This document shows positions 28,287-41,177 of a stretch of DNA of 64,000 bases, piece by piece. The first letter of the stretch is position 1; each line of letters begins with the position of its first letter. The position numbers and the translations under genes were made by a program. The stretch is from Trypethelium eluteriae (Eukaryota). The notes under the pieces are model-generated. The model did not search any database and was not told the origin of the DNA. It worked only from the letters and a program-made list of their open reading frames with translations. The DNA is taken from the NCBI GenBank assembly GCA_051942245.1, contig JAVECL010000003.1, forward strand, positions 62,001 to 126,000. Reading direction: 5' to 3'.

Positions 28287-29300
28287 ATGACTTCAGCGTA
28301 CTCTCCCGAACAGATTGATCATTATCTTGACTATATCTCCATCCCCTCCAAGTACCGACGCAATGCAAATCCTCCCCTCGATATCCACTTTTTGTCCCTC
28401 TTGCATACTTGTCAATTGGCTGCCATACCATATGAGAATCTCTCCATACATTACAGTCTCGAGCACAGAAATTCCCTAGATCCGCAGGACCTGTATGAAA
28501 AATTTACTCACAATGGGCGTGGAGGGTATTGCATGGAAAATAGCATATTCTTTAATCATGTCCTCAAGGCTTTGGGATTCAATGCATACACTGCAGGAGC
28601 TAGAATTCGGCTGAGGGTTAATGGTATTCCTCAGGGTGATTACATCGGATGGTAAGACTCAACAGGCTATGCTTGCCTTGACATCAATGCGTCGGGAGAG
28701 AGAATAGCAGGTTGACGGAAAAGCAGGATGCACATCGTCAATATTGTTACCTTATCTGATGGTTCCAGGTACATGCTTGACGTTTCTTTTGGGGGTGATG
28801 GTGCCATTCATCCACTTCCTCTGATATCAGGTCAAATCACTTCCAATATTGGTACACAAGAAATACGCCTTGTCTACGACAATATACCTGGCCAAACAAC
28901 CGCACCTTCGGAGTCACAGAAGCTCTGGATCTATCAATATCGAAACTCTACTGAAAAGCCATGGAATTCTTTCTATTGCTTTCCGGAGATGGAGTTCCTG
29001 CATCGAGACTTTGTCGCTTTCAACTATTACACAAGCACCAGCCCAGAGAGCTTCCAGACGTTTCAGATGCTCGTGGTGAAATTCCTGCGGCGCGATGATC
29101 ACATCTCGGGCAAATTGATGCTAGTAGATGACACAATTAAGCAAAATACTGGCGGGAGGACGGAGGTATTGAAAACTTGTAAGACGGAGCAAGAGAGGAT
29201 TGATGCCTTGAAGGAGTGGTTTGGCATTATATTAACAGAAGAGCAAAAGCGAGGAATCATCGGTTGGAACACTGAATTGAAAGGGGGTGTAGAGCAATAA
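28287..29300 (+). CDS. Arylamine N-acetyltransferase; exons 28287-28651, 28727-29300
   Basis: Motifs IPYENL, RGGYCMEN (catalytic Cys), WMHIVN (His) and LDVSFG (Asp). Intron 28652-28726. A 5'UTR intron at 28156-28254 is possible. Confidence 0.93.
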
Positions 29301-30663
29301 CTCTACGCTTCAAGACCTTAAAGTCTTATAAGCTTCGTTTTCCGGATGGTTGAGAGGGGAACTTCGAACCGAGAGATGTGCTTCGCAAAGGGAAAAGTAC
29401 TGTCCCTTATAAATCTGAGCCAGTAACGGAATGGAAATTGGGACTGTCCCATCATAGAATCAAATGATCCATCACTTCTCCGCTCAGTCCTTATATAGAC
29501 TGGATCTGGAAGCGGCCCCAACTCGACCAGAAGATCAGATTCCTGTTGACACATGAGCACCTAACATTGTTTCCCGTATCCAGTTAAGTATTAATTGCCG
29601 ACACGAGCCATGAGTGACTGTCTATAATTCCGAGATTGTCCAGAGGCAGATTGATGGGTGTCGGTAAACTTGGTGTTGATATAGACTGTTAAATTCATCT
29701 CATGCTGCATGATCTAAATAATTGTGATTCGTAGTGCTCCTCTAACGTGATGTAGTCTGCCGGTAGAGCGCTCCTTCTGCGAGTTATCGAAGGAGCACCA
29801 TCAGAAGCAGGAACTGTGAGAACGTAGACTAATAGACTAATTTTATGATATGAAACTCCTCATCTCATTTACGTGAGAGACCCTACGCCTCGAATTACAT
29901 AGAAATTACCCAAAGCCCAGAATTTCTTACCTCTGGCGGCATCAATTTTGTAGTAAGATCGGCATGGAAATCGGTACTAGTCTTTTAAGTGTGTTCCGTT
30001 TATTGCAAAACTTATTGCCATTTCTTACCATCAATCTCAGAGTCATGACGGAGTAAATATTATCCAAAAGCTGCGCACTATGCATCAACAGATGTCTGCT
30101 GCGATACCCTTCTAATCCTCCTGTCTTTGCTTCATTGAATGAGCCGAGCATCGATACACTCAGTGAGCGATATCACTGGACATTTTGACACTCATCAAAG
30201 CATTGAGAAGACCGCCCGAGTCTCGCGGAGTACGGAGTAGAGTACGGAGTGTTCCGGATCGTCGTCTGTTGCTATCCCTCGGGTTGAAGCTGCGCCGCAA
30301 CCCGGAGCCTGTGCCTTTTACCAGCTTAATGGGCAGGGGTCAACTTGGATACCTTGTGTTCAAAGTAGTAAGAGCTGAGCGCGGTGATTTGGGGGCAAAC
30401 TGATGTCTACTGGTGCTCTTTGGCATGAAGTGTCCAGCAGCTTTGTAATTATGTATCTAATTGGAACCGATATAGCCTCATTTCAGTTTGCTGGCCTAAA
30501 CAGCTTCACTGTTCGTAGTGCTCGGTAAGATTCATATCGCCTATTTTAGCGTAGAAGGCTTGCGTAGATCTGGTAAGCGTGATGCATAATACCTACCAAC
30601 ATGGGTGCGAGAGAGAATTGACTTCATAACCCGTACTTTCTCTCATTAAGCTTCTCACGTACT

Positions 30664-31449
30664 ATGGTACTTCCTGAAGATGCGGAAAGTCTGTCTCACC
30701 CTGAAGTTTGGAATGAACGTTACTCGAAGTCTGACGGCGAACATCCGACGCATGAATGGTTCAAGTCATTCGATTCACTCAGGCCGTTCCTCGCACGGAA
30801 TTTCTTGAAGGCACGGAGACCAGATGAGGACCCAAGAATCCTACACCTAGGTTCTGGGGACAGTGTGAGTAGGTCTTGATGCCTCCTACAGCCGACCACG
30901 AATCAACCAACAATCTCTTTCGGTAGACACTACCATACGATCTTGCTGGTCTTGGATACAAGAATCAGCTGTGTGTTGACTTCTCCGATGTTGTCGTAAA
31001 GTACATGGTATCTAAACAAGAAAAAGAGAGCGGTGTAGAATGGAAGTGGGCAGACGTGCGTGACATGATCGGCATTCCGGATGATTGCACCGACGTTGCA
31101 TTCGACAAGGGCACTCTGGATAGCATGATATTTGGGAGCCCTTGGAATCCACCAGACAAAGTGAAAGAAAACACAAGCAAGTATATTCGGGAGGTTAGTC
31201 ATTCAACACTTACAGAGAATTTACAGAGAATATAGCTAACAAATATATTAGGTTTTTAGGGTATTGAAGCCCGATGGTGTTTTCCTTTATATCACATTCC
31301 GCCAGCCGCATTTCGTCGTACCTCTATTAAATCCCGACGACGCTTGGGACATCAGCGTGGACGTCTTGCGGGAGGGCGAGGGATGTTTTGACTATCATGG
31401 GTTTGCGTTGAGAAAGAAGGTCGCTCCTTGCGCATCTCCTCATGGCTAA
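30664..31449 (+). CDS. Class I SAM-dependent methyltransferase (EEF1AKMT4/METTL13-N-like); exons 30664-30864, 30927-31193, 31252-31449
   Basis: Motifs WNERY...HEWF, motif I ILHLGSGDS, VDFS, FDKGTLDSM and RVLKPDGVFLYITFRQPHF. Two canonical introns. Confidence 0.9.
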
Positions 31450-32114
31450 AGACTGAGCTGAACACTGTGATTTGGACTTCCGATCGTAATAACTGCCCTT
31501 GCCTTTACTGGGAATTCAGCTCAGATATCGAAACCGCAAACGTTTCTTCGCTCGCGCACAGGAATATTAGTATTCAACGCGCAAATACTGCTCTATCGTT
31601 TCACGACCTCAACGAAATGTCATCATACACTCACAATACCGAAAGGCTACTGATGAATGCTGGACGCCAAAGATGCATGAATGGTAATTGACAAGGCTTG
31701 CAGAAGTATGCCTTTTGATATACGGGTTGCCTGGTACACCCGTTTCTGTAGACGTGATGTGTGCTCGTTGAATGCGTCAGAGCGTATCTCAGCGAACTCA
31801 GCCTCTAGAATGAAGAATGCTTGCAGCGCTACGCGCGGCTTGCTAGGAGTCCCTGCTTAGCCTGAGGTGTTAATTGGTTCATACTACACTTGTGGCTGCG
31901 CTATAAAGCGAAACAATTAGATGCTGTAGTTCGTATTCTTCATTCTAGAGTCTGAGCTTTATGGAACAATTGTCAGGGAATGAGCTAGGCCTGAAAGGAA
32001 TGAGCGTGGATATGAAAGATTATCTGGAGTTAGGAAACTACATGCGGATATGCGGACAGCGCCATCTATATACAGCTGCACATGGGTCCATGAGGTGCGC
32101 AGGACCATGTGACA

Positions 32115-32220
32115 CATCATGTGTCTTTCATCTCATTTTCCCATCTCATCCTTCCCATCTCATCCTTCCCATTTCATCCTTGATACACGTGATCTAGACA
32201 CGTGATTTACTCACGTGATC
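32115..32220 (+). repeat. Tandem 14-bp CATCTCATCCTTCC-like units followed by three CACGTGAT at 13-bp spacing
   Basis: About 3-4 imperfect 14-mers at 32130-32180. CACGTGAT starts at 32186, 32199 and 32212. Confidence 0.85.
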
Positions 32221-32499
32221 TCATTCTATGACAACAGTTTATAGGTGAAATAGTCAAAAACTTTTATATTCCAACTTTCGATCCACACCAAAGTTGTGAC
32301 GAATGTATCTACAGTCAATAACAGGACAAAAAGCTGCTATTCTAAAAAAGGTAGTATACTTGTCTAGATAGGAACTCTATTACGCCAGCAGGGGGTTCTG
32401 TCGTCTCATCTAACCATCTGAGTTGACGGATAAGTCAGAAGCGCCGACTCAGCTGAGACATTTCTTTCTAGGCTAAAAAAAGAAGGTAGAAAACGACAC

Positions 32500-33400
32500 C
32501 TCAGGGATTCGCTATTGTTTTATTAGAAGTGGTTGATGGAAGTATGGGTGAGGTGAACCATACAACCCTGGCCTCCGAAGAGACGGGCTTAGCACTACGA
32601 AGATTAGCGTTAACGTTATCGGGACCAGGAACAGTTAGACGTACGGCCCGCGCGTTAACCACTCCGCCAAAGTGCCGACTGTTTTTCGCATTGGACGTTT
32701 TGTGCAAATATAAAGTGCTTTTTGCGGTGGATGAATGATGAGATGAAAGGTCGGAAACAGATTGCAGATATCCTTCCCCATTTGCGACGACTCCAAGAAC
32801 GAGACCTCTCTAGTCACTTTATAGCCTCATGCAGTGGTTCATGAAATGGCTTCTAATACCTCCGCTTGCCAGAACTACCGAATCGAATCCGTGACATGCC
32901 TCAAGCATTCGAACGATTCAAGGAAGAGGAAACGGATGCACGGCAATATTGCGGGCTACAACCCGACCCGGCCCTGCCCGAGAGGCTCTCTGTTATGTCT
33001 ATCCAGATCTCTGAACGCTGCAATAGCCTATCACCTTTACCAACCACCTTTCTAGATAAGCTCACTAGCATGCAAAGACACGGCAGATCCTAGCAATGGA
33101 TGCATCGCAATGGTGATGGGTGACGCGTTCCGAAAAGATCATACATTGGTGTACGACCATGGGCATCGTCGATCGCAGAAGTCCGAGGGTCTGACAGAGT
33201 ATCCTGAAGCTTTGCCTCCACGAAAAGTTTTCACACAAGATCATGGAGTCATCCGCGCCCAAGGCTGAAATCGTGTACCGCCGGGCTGTGCAAGAGCGAT
33301 TCTTAGGAGCTCTCAAAACAACGATGATTCCCCTCTGGGGTCGTTTCAGCGGCACCTTCCTCGCACTCGTCCATGAAAGTAACTTCACAAACATGCAAGA
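32500..33400 (+). pseudogene. Possible decayed TPR-repeat (fungal NLR-type) gene fragment
   Basis: Fragments LEVVDGSMGEVNHTTLAS...LALTLSGPG (about 32520-32630) and AEIVYRRAVQERFLG (about 33265-33310) resemble the fungal TPR consensus. They are separated by stops and no intact ORF remains. Confidence 0.3.
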
Positions 33401-33464
33401 CGGCTAAATTTTCCGCAAGGTTCTTCTCCTCGCCGCATATCCACAGCAGCTTTTCCACGAACGG

Positions 33465-35566
33465 ATGATGAGCAAGGTCGCTATGTCTGAGACAATCGGA
33501 TCTCCGACGACCATCGGCTATACGACAGCCAGCTTTTCCACGACTCTGGCAACAGCGTGGATTATCACAGAAACTAAAACATCGCTTGAGACTTCGTTGA
33601 ACCCACTGACTTTGAGTACAAACACTTGGACTAGTACTTACACGAGTGAATTTACTTTACCTACTTTGCCTACTACTGGGCATGTGCCATGTGTTATGCT
33701 TGCGAACAACGTCTTCGATGCGGCCTCAGCCGTAGCTCCAGATCCAGACATTGGTGGAGTTGGTGTAAGAATACTAGCCGCGCCTTGACACGATAAAACC
33801 CTGACTATGACCTTCCTAGGTTCTTACCGCTTTCCTTGTCAGCGCCTGGCTGTCAATAATCATTCTGATAGTGGCTTATATACTTGGCATGGTCCCCAAA
33901 GAACTGCTGACTCCGGTCGATGAACGTATTTACCGTATACGGGCCCGTGAGATAGGGCACTGGGGACAATCAATGCAAGACTGTTTACGCTCTCTCAGTG
34001 ACCAACAGATTGTCACTGGTGTCGCTGTCCTCGTAGCTGGATTCGCGAAGCTTGGATCTATTTCCATTTATCACTATCAGACGGTGATATATCTTGCATG
34101 GATGGCTTCAAACGTACACCTTACGACCTTGACATTGCTTAGAGGCTATCTTCAAAGTCACCATTTTCTTCGAGCTTGGCGCGTGACGGGCATGTTGATC
34201 CTATTCATTATGCTCTGCATAGCCTTGGTTCCCACGTCGGCAAATAACTACGGATACGCTATTTTAGATGTCCCTAGTGCGTACGGTAAATACGATAACC
34301 AGCCAAGAGCCGTCCAAGGTCTCAGGCTTCCCGGAGCACCGGTAATATGTTTTTGGCAAGCGAAATACAGAGGTTGGGTCAACCCTGATTCTGTGTTCTC
34401 CTACATTACCCTCATTGCTAGTTACATCTGGAAGGTGTCGATGGTGTTCGAAAGCACGCGAGTAAAAATGAACTTTTTCTTGCGAATAAAACCCCGGCAA
34501 CTATTCGAGCATGCTCTTGCGAAAATGAGCCTAGGTAAACCGAAGAGACTGTACATTGTTTTGCTTGGAGTATACCTGCTCCTTGTGGCGGTACTGGACT
34601 GGTTGGAGTCTTTGGCTGCGTCAATTTGGTTCCTGACTATATTGCTGTCATGGGGAACGTTGAATATAGTGTTGCCACGGGAGATCATCCAAAACACGAC
34701 AGACCTGAACGGAGAAACGACTTGGACGTTTGGTCAGATCCTAACACTTTTACTTCTGGTCTTGCCGTTGCTGAATTTCCTCGAGCCCATTTACGGTGAG
34801 TATTTGTATTATTCTACATTCATGGTTTTTGGGTAAATGTCAGGCTGAGCATCGAAGCTCAATGAGCTTCTAGACACGTCAGCTTTGAGCAGTTTCGAGA
34901 AATCGAAGAATCATTCGGCTAATCAGCTCAGAACTTGTAACTTCCCCAGCCCCCCAAAATCCATCCTTGGGCGTAGCTGGCGACAACTCGCCACCTTCTG
35001 GTGAACTCGAGCTCGAAAATCCCAATACGACTCCTGACAGCCCTGACGTACAAGCGAACAGCTCTATGGAACCTCAAAATCACTTTGAAGGAGACCAGAG
35101 CGCTATAGTCCAGGAAGATGAACCTGCGAATCACCAGCCAGTCAGTGGGGCAAACCCAGAGGAAAGCGATGAGGATACGGTTAATCCTGCACCTGAGCAA
35201 GCGACACCGGCCCAATGTGAACCACCGAACGAGGTCCGGCTATCCAGCATATTTCGAGAGAACTCTCCCAATGATCAATCGTCGCAATCATCAGTACCAC
35301 AGCAGTATCTTCATACCTCACGTTTTTTCTGGTCAATTGTTTTATGGGTCAATGTTCTAGTTGCGGCGCTAGGAGTGGTGCTTTGCCTTTCTATATGGAC
35401 CGTGGGTCTTAGAACTTTGGTTTTCGTATTGAACAGTGAGTGGTACGGCATTAGAAGCGATTTATTTAGAAAATTCATGCTCTTTCTGTATACTCTGGTC
35501 CTATGGTTAATTTGGATGATGATTTGGATAGGCGTGGGTCTACGCTACAGCAAGTTGTACAGGTAG
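33465..35566 (+). CDS. Uncharacterised multi-pass membrane protein; exons 33465-33764, 33820-34795, 34932-35566
   Basis: Several hydrophobic helices and motifs PDIGGVG|VLTAF, LSDQQIVTGVAVLVAGF, YHYQTVIYLAWMAS and WTFGQIL, which I recognise from a widespread Pezizomycotina hypothetical family. Introns 33765-33819 and 34796-34931 restore the frame. Confidence 0.8.
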
Positions 35567-35997
35567 CGGAGTATATGCAAATACAACGCAATCTCACATA
35601 AATTCGATTTCGACTTTCGGCATGGGTTACACAAGGGTAGAACTTGAGTGCTGAGTTAGCAGCCTGATTCAAAATTAACGGTGCCTGAATCTAGGACTCC
35701 CTACTCTGAGTAGGTGATCGTAATTTTTTAAAATCAGGCCCAAGAGCTTACAGGGACCCATCATTCTGTGTTATCGCTGGATCAGAAGGGGCCCAATTCG
35801 TAGATCCTCGAAGCGCAGTAATACTTGCCTTTAGCTAACTAACAGCACAACTTGAGTTGGCCGACTTGTTGGTGTCATTGAGAACGCATGATTCGGGCTC
35901 AGCTAAGATGGATTCAAGCTATGATCTCAAACCGACAATGAACATAAGTACTGTGAAGTTTGAATGAGAAAAATTTCTTCACACCTTTTTAACGTTT

Positions 35998-37358
35998 CTA
36001 AGCATGTACCTCCTCCCTGCGCCCTTTCTTCCCCATATTTCTCTTACTGATCTTTTTTGCTATCGCCAACAGCTTCCTACTATGCATCATGCCAATCCAT
36101 ATGATAAAGACCAAGATGGTGGTCGGAATCGTGATCGCCCAGTATACCCAAAATCGACTTCCAATGACGGTGGGCTGATCCCACTGCAACGATGGCATGG
36201 CAAACAGGGCCGCAACGAATGTCGCGGGTAGGAAGCCCATGGTCATGATCGCGATTGTCTTCATACTGGTACTATCATGCATAGCAGCTTTTGCGAGATC
36301 GATATTCGCTTGAGCGTCCCCTCGGGCGAGGAGATTGAAGAGCTGCATAATCCTTAGCTAACGTTCCCTAAAGTCCAGCGCACCTGAAGGTATCATACCA
36401 CAGTGAGCTGGTTCTGGGCTCGATACTTAACAAAGTTTACGTATCCAAACCTCTCCTTCACTTGTGGGCGTAGTATACTCCCAACGCTTTTAATCGCCGC
36501 ATCCTGCCGCCTAATCGAGTCAATTCCTTGCATGTTTCCACTAAAGCTGGAGCTTAGAAATGCATCAACGACGCTTGTTAAGAGCTGTAGATGCTGCATC
36601 ATATCTGCTAAGCCGACAAGCACGCTGCTTGCCGATCTTGATTGATTTGACAATCGAGCAAGCGTTTCTTCGGCATTCTCGGTATGATGCTGGGGTGTAT
36701 CGAGGTAGAAATGACTGAAGCCAGTAAATTGTTCCGTTAGTCCCATACGTCTATGCTGTTCTCTCATAAATTTATCTATGTAAGTCGTCCTTTCTATTGC
36801 TGTCGCCACAGCTAAGAAAAGTGGATGGCCTGCGAGGCTGCTATAACGTTTAATGTGGGCATGAAGGGATGGATAGGAAGCCGGGCGTCCTGGACTGATG
36901 CGGGAAATCAAGACGGCATTCGTCGAAACAGTAGCAGATTCGTATGACCAGAGCATCCAGTATGCTTGAGAGTTGATGTAGAAATTTAATAGCGTATCAT
37001 TGGATGAAGATGATGAAAGTTGGAAGTAGCCGGGCACGTTGCGGTGGAACATGTATATCAGATATGGATCCAGGCGAAAGGAATGCCATATCCCCCGAAG
37101 CATAGGAGCTGTAGATTCAATTCCGACATCTGAGCGATAGTATACGCGTACAAGTTTTGTTGAAATGCCGTCGGAGGCAGAAGGTGAGGGCTCGATGAAA
37201 GCTCGCAACTCCACATTGTTGAGAACTTTGTCTTCGAAGATCGTTTGAGCATGATCAGCCCGTGGGGATTTGATATGAATCACTTCATATCGATCGGCAT
37301 TTGTTTGAGGAGGCAGATCATCGAGTATCGATTCAGCCTCAGCTCGCAGAATATCCAT
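35998..37358 (-). CDS. Fungal protein with a CorA-like two-TM C-terminal domain; exons 37358-36399, 36342-35998
   Basis: Motif DSTSMKTIAIMTMGFLPATFVAALF...FWVYWAITIPTT. A 56-nt intron at 36398-36343 (GTATGA...GCTAA...CAG). The canonical GMN motif is absent (AMP instead). Confidence 0.8.
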
Positions 37359-37898
37359 ATAACTTGACTTTTTGCAAACGTATAGCTGTAAGAGACCGAA
37401 TGTAAGGTTGTGGCCCGCAAAGACTGTGCAATTGAATGACAGCCACAGCGAGGCTGAGAAAAAGTGTGCCGCTCATGGTGTTAAGACTGGCGTGGCGCGT
37501 CAGGAGCCACAACGCACGATTTACCTTACACTAAACGGTACTTGGTACACCCGTCCCTCTCCGTCTGATGTCCAACGTCACTATCGCTAGAGAAAAAGAA
37601 GGCTTTAATCTTGTGAGCTAGAATACAAAATGTAGGCGTATAATATGTAGGGGTTGATATGTAGTATCTACCTTATGTAGACTTCTGGTAGTACCGATTC
37701 GCGTTGTGGCTGGAAAAGAAGACAGCATTGAATACGGCAGAAGTTGCCTCAGCAGATTGTCCGGAAAAATCACACGATCCTCTTGACCAGAGTGACGGCG
37801 GGCGTACTTGAAGAAGGAATCGCGCAACCTCGAATTGAGATGCAGACCAGTCCATCAGTAGACGATATCATACAAAAAGATGAGTGTTGGTAAGAATT

Positions 37899-38860
37899 TT
37901 ACTCTGTGGTACGGGGAGGCCCGAATAGGAGGCGGAAGGAGGGGTCACTAAAAGGATTGGGACCCGGCGGTGGCCCGTTGCTCTCCTCGCCCATCATCCT
38001 GACAAACTCAATCTCCAACGCCCCCGCTGAAAGAGATCTTAAGAACGCCAGAGGACCTTTGCTTCGCGTCACTCCGTCTTCCAGTGCCCGCTCAAAGAAA
38101 CGACGCGCAGATTCGTAGTCTAGAAAACGGATCAACCCAAGAAATGATCTCTCTTGAGCACCTTGCCACCCATACCCGCTCGGGTTCACCGACCAACCCG
38201 CCACCCTTCCGCCAGCTATCCACCCTCCCTCACTCCTCGTTACCTTGCCGCAGAGAGAATTCCACATTTGCTCCAAGAGGGCCCACCTCGGGCATGGGGT
38301 TGACCCCATCCCATCGGAATCTATTGCCGAAATCTCGAAGGCGGGCGAGAAAGACAACGAGAGGGACACGGAAATCGAGTCCTTGAAGCTAGATCGCTCA
38401 GGGAGCGATAGGATACCCCGACGGCTTGGCGCATGGGACGACGGGGCGAAAAGCGATGGGTCGCTTGACTGAGAAGTCAAGGAGCTCATCTGCCATTTGG
38501 TCTGGAGTGTAAGAAAGTCGGGGGAAGCCCGGAACTGTTGGCGGTCTTCAATAGTTTTCCAGTCTAATGGGAGTGTGGTCAGTACGAGAAAGGCGAAGCC
38601 GATACGAGGAACCTCAGCAAACCGATGATTAGCTTAATTGCTTGAGGCGAGTCTACTCGACGACCCCACCGCATTGTCCTGGCGCCGTGAACGAGGTATG
38701 CTTGAACCGTAATCGCCCATAGCTGACCCACCCGCGTCGCGTCTTGATTCAGGTTGACCGAGTAAGCGAATCTGATGGTGATGATCTCTGTACAGGCGTA
38801 ATCGCGCGACTGCCTTGGCAGACCGCTTGGCACGGTGCTCTCATCGAAAGGATTTGACAT
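37899..38860 (-). CDS. Hypothetical protein of about 300 aa, probably a dimeric alpha-beta barrel (ABM-like); exons 38860-38623, 38563-37899
   Basis: A 59-nt intron at 38622-38564 (GTTTGC...CTGAC...TAG) joins two ORFs, giving CTEIITIRF...WGRRVDSPQAIKLII|DWKTIEDR, the pattern of fungal ABM-like proteins. Confidence 0.65.
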
Positions 38861-39168
38861 AATGTGGCGCTGGAAAGGCAGCTACTGTAAATGTCGGACC
38901 GTCAAGGTACGAAGTAGTAGGGTCTAGCCCGTCTGAAGCGTGACCTTTGCAGTCACTCGAACAAAATCACAGTCTTTTGGTAAGCCAACACTTCCTTCAA
39001 AGCTTTGCTATATATCGCTATCACCAAGGTACATTATGACTCGATCAGCTGGCACGGCTTCAGTCCGCACTAGCTGATTTTTTTTACTTAACAGATCCAA
39101 GTTCCCCTTCAGGGATGTGGAGCTGGGAGTTGAATATTCCGAATTGTCCATGGCTCATTCTGCTTCAA

Positions 39169-40407
39169 CTAGACGTACTCAGACGCGAAACTCACGGCCT
39201 TCCCCGTGCGCCAAATGTACTCGTCCATTGACAGAGCCATTGTGAAATACACTAGACTATCAGGGTTCTGGGGTGCATAGGTAGATCGAACTTCCTGTGT
39301 GCCAGCCCATCCATACCGTTCTCCCCCTGGAGCATTGCCACTGGCCTGGTCAGCGATCACTGATGTCTCATCAGCAATGACTTGAAAATGGACCTCGATC
39401 ATCGGAGGAGACAGAAATCATGGGTTAGCTAACATAGCCGGAAGCCCAAGGACAATGGATGTAGCCGACATTTTTCCCTACTGGTCTGGGAGGGCCCCCG
39501 CGAATATGTTGGACCCTTGCTCTGGTGTTCTTTTTCTTTTCCTTTTCCGCCCCTCCAGGTCTTTGAGTCCTTGTCACAAGCTAATAGCTGCCTATGGAGT
39601 GTGACAGTCCTATTTTTACCACAAATGAGCCGGGAGCCCTCCAGTAAATATGCCGACTATCTCCAATGACCTGCGATTTCTGTCACCCCCGCTGGATTTT
39701 CCGACTTACTCTTGTCCCAGAGTTTCACGTGAATCATCTCGTGGAACAATGTCGTGGAAAGTGTTTCCTTGCTGGTACAGGTCGTCACCCTCATTATACA
39801 CCAATTGGTCGAACGTATCATGCCGAGGTCTATTTTGCGGACATAAGATAACGTACGCAACTCTCTCGCTTGGGTTAGGACTGCGTTGTACGTAGGCCGT
39901 CAGCTATTTTGTCTCTCCATTGATGGTTTTACCTTCCGCACACATCAATGGTGGGTTCGACAAGTAAGTTGACGTTCTCCGGTATGGGTCTAACAAGTAT
40001 TTCTTCCCCGTTGGATCAATTTTGAAAAGGGTCGTATCGTCGCATGAGATCCGGACGTCAGGCATATCCGAAGGAATGTTCTCGAGAATGGTCAGATTGT
40101 CTGCCACAGTTTTCCACCGTTCTTGGGCGTTAGGATGCTGTCCATCAAAAAATGCGTCAAATGCTGTCATGGTCCGATAGTAGTCCCTTGGTTGATAATG
40201 CTGGTTCACTTGCACGTTGTTCATGAGATTTCTGGTGTATCCGGCCAATTTGATAATATCCGATACCATGGCTGTGCCAATGCGTTGCGTGTCTGCAGGA
40301 GAGCCGCAACTATAGTACACATCATCGATCCGTATCATGCCGGCGTGTGCCAAAAGAAGGCTACAAAGTAGGAGTCTAATGCACTGTGCAAGCTTGGACA
40401 GACTCAT
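39169..40407 (-). pseudogene. Secreted zinc metallopeptidase-like protein (HEXXH+D, aspzincin/M35-like), probably disrupted
   Basis: Signal peptide MSLSKLAQCIRLLLCSLLLAHAG; motif LSTTLFHEMIH; last exon YGW...QNPDSLVYF; phase-compatible intron 39709-39360. There is an in-frame TAG at 39906-39904 and a frame change before HEXXH, unless a 52-nt GTAAAA intron is used. Confidence 0.6.
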
Positions 40408-41177
40408 GGCGGTGATCGATGAATGGCTCTTACTGATCTGATCTGGAACGAAGAAACTGAGCTCCACGAACATATCACATGCGTCGTAGTATGTATCAGG
40501 ATCCTGCGCCGCGTCCCCAGATATCGAAAGTTAGCCATCGCAGCTCATTCCCTCTATTGGCTTCAGGATTCCCTGCAATGCTTCGCCCGATGGAACAAAA
40601 CAAGTAACCGGGTGATGAATAAGCCTCACCCATACACTACCAATTTCCGGCCTAATTACAGATCAAGATCTGGTTGTGACTTTCCCAGGCTGTATGAAGG
40701 TGAAATAGGACAGGGCCAGAAGTCTTCTACTAATACTTGTTGATGTTTCATCATTCCGAAATAAATACTCCTCATGGAACACTAGACCAGATCCTAATCA
40801 AATTATCGGCCGCTTCATTGAGACCGATATTTCTCATACCACCCCCTGGTGATATTCATGGTAGGGGCTCATCCGTGCCACAGCACTGTGGAACACATTG
40901 ATCGAACAACTTGACACCTACGCTCCATATGGGCTGGTAACATGCAGACTTATTCTGTGATGTCGCAGAAAGCTCCTGTTCTACCCGATTCAGTTGCTCC
41001 TATCTCCGTGGAAACCCGTTCTGAAGAGATGTGCCATCGCTTCCTTGCTTGAGACAGATCAATAGAAAGAGCTATCCGTTCCTCTCTGCGCCGTGTAGTT
41101 GAGGAGACCCTCGATCAATACACGTCCAGTACTGTTGTCGTTAGTCTCACTGCAGCAGCTGGAAAGACCTCTTCGTC

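Noticed and set aside
32115..32220. CRISPR-like array
   Set aside because: Eukaryotic context, units of only 13-14 bp, no spacers of proper length and no cas genes.
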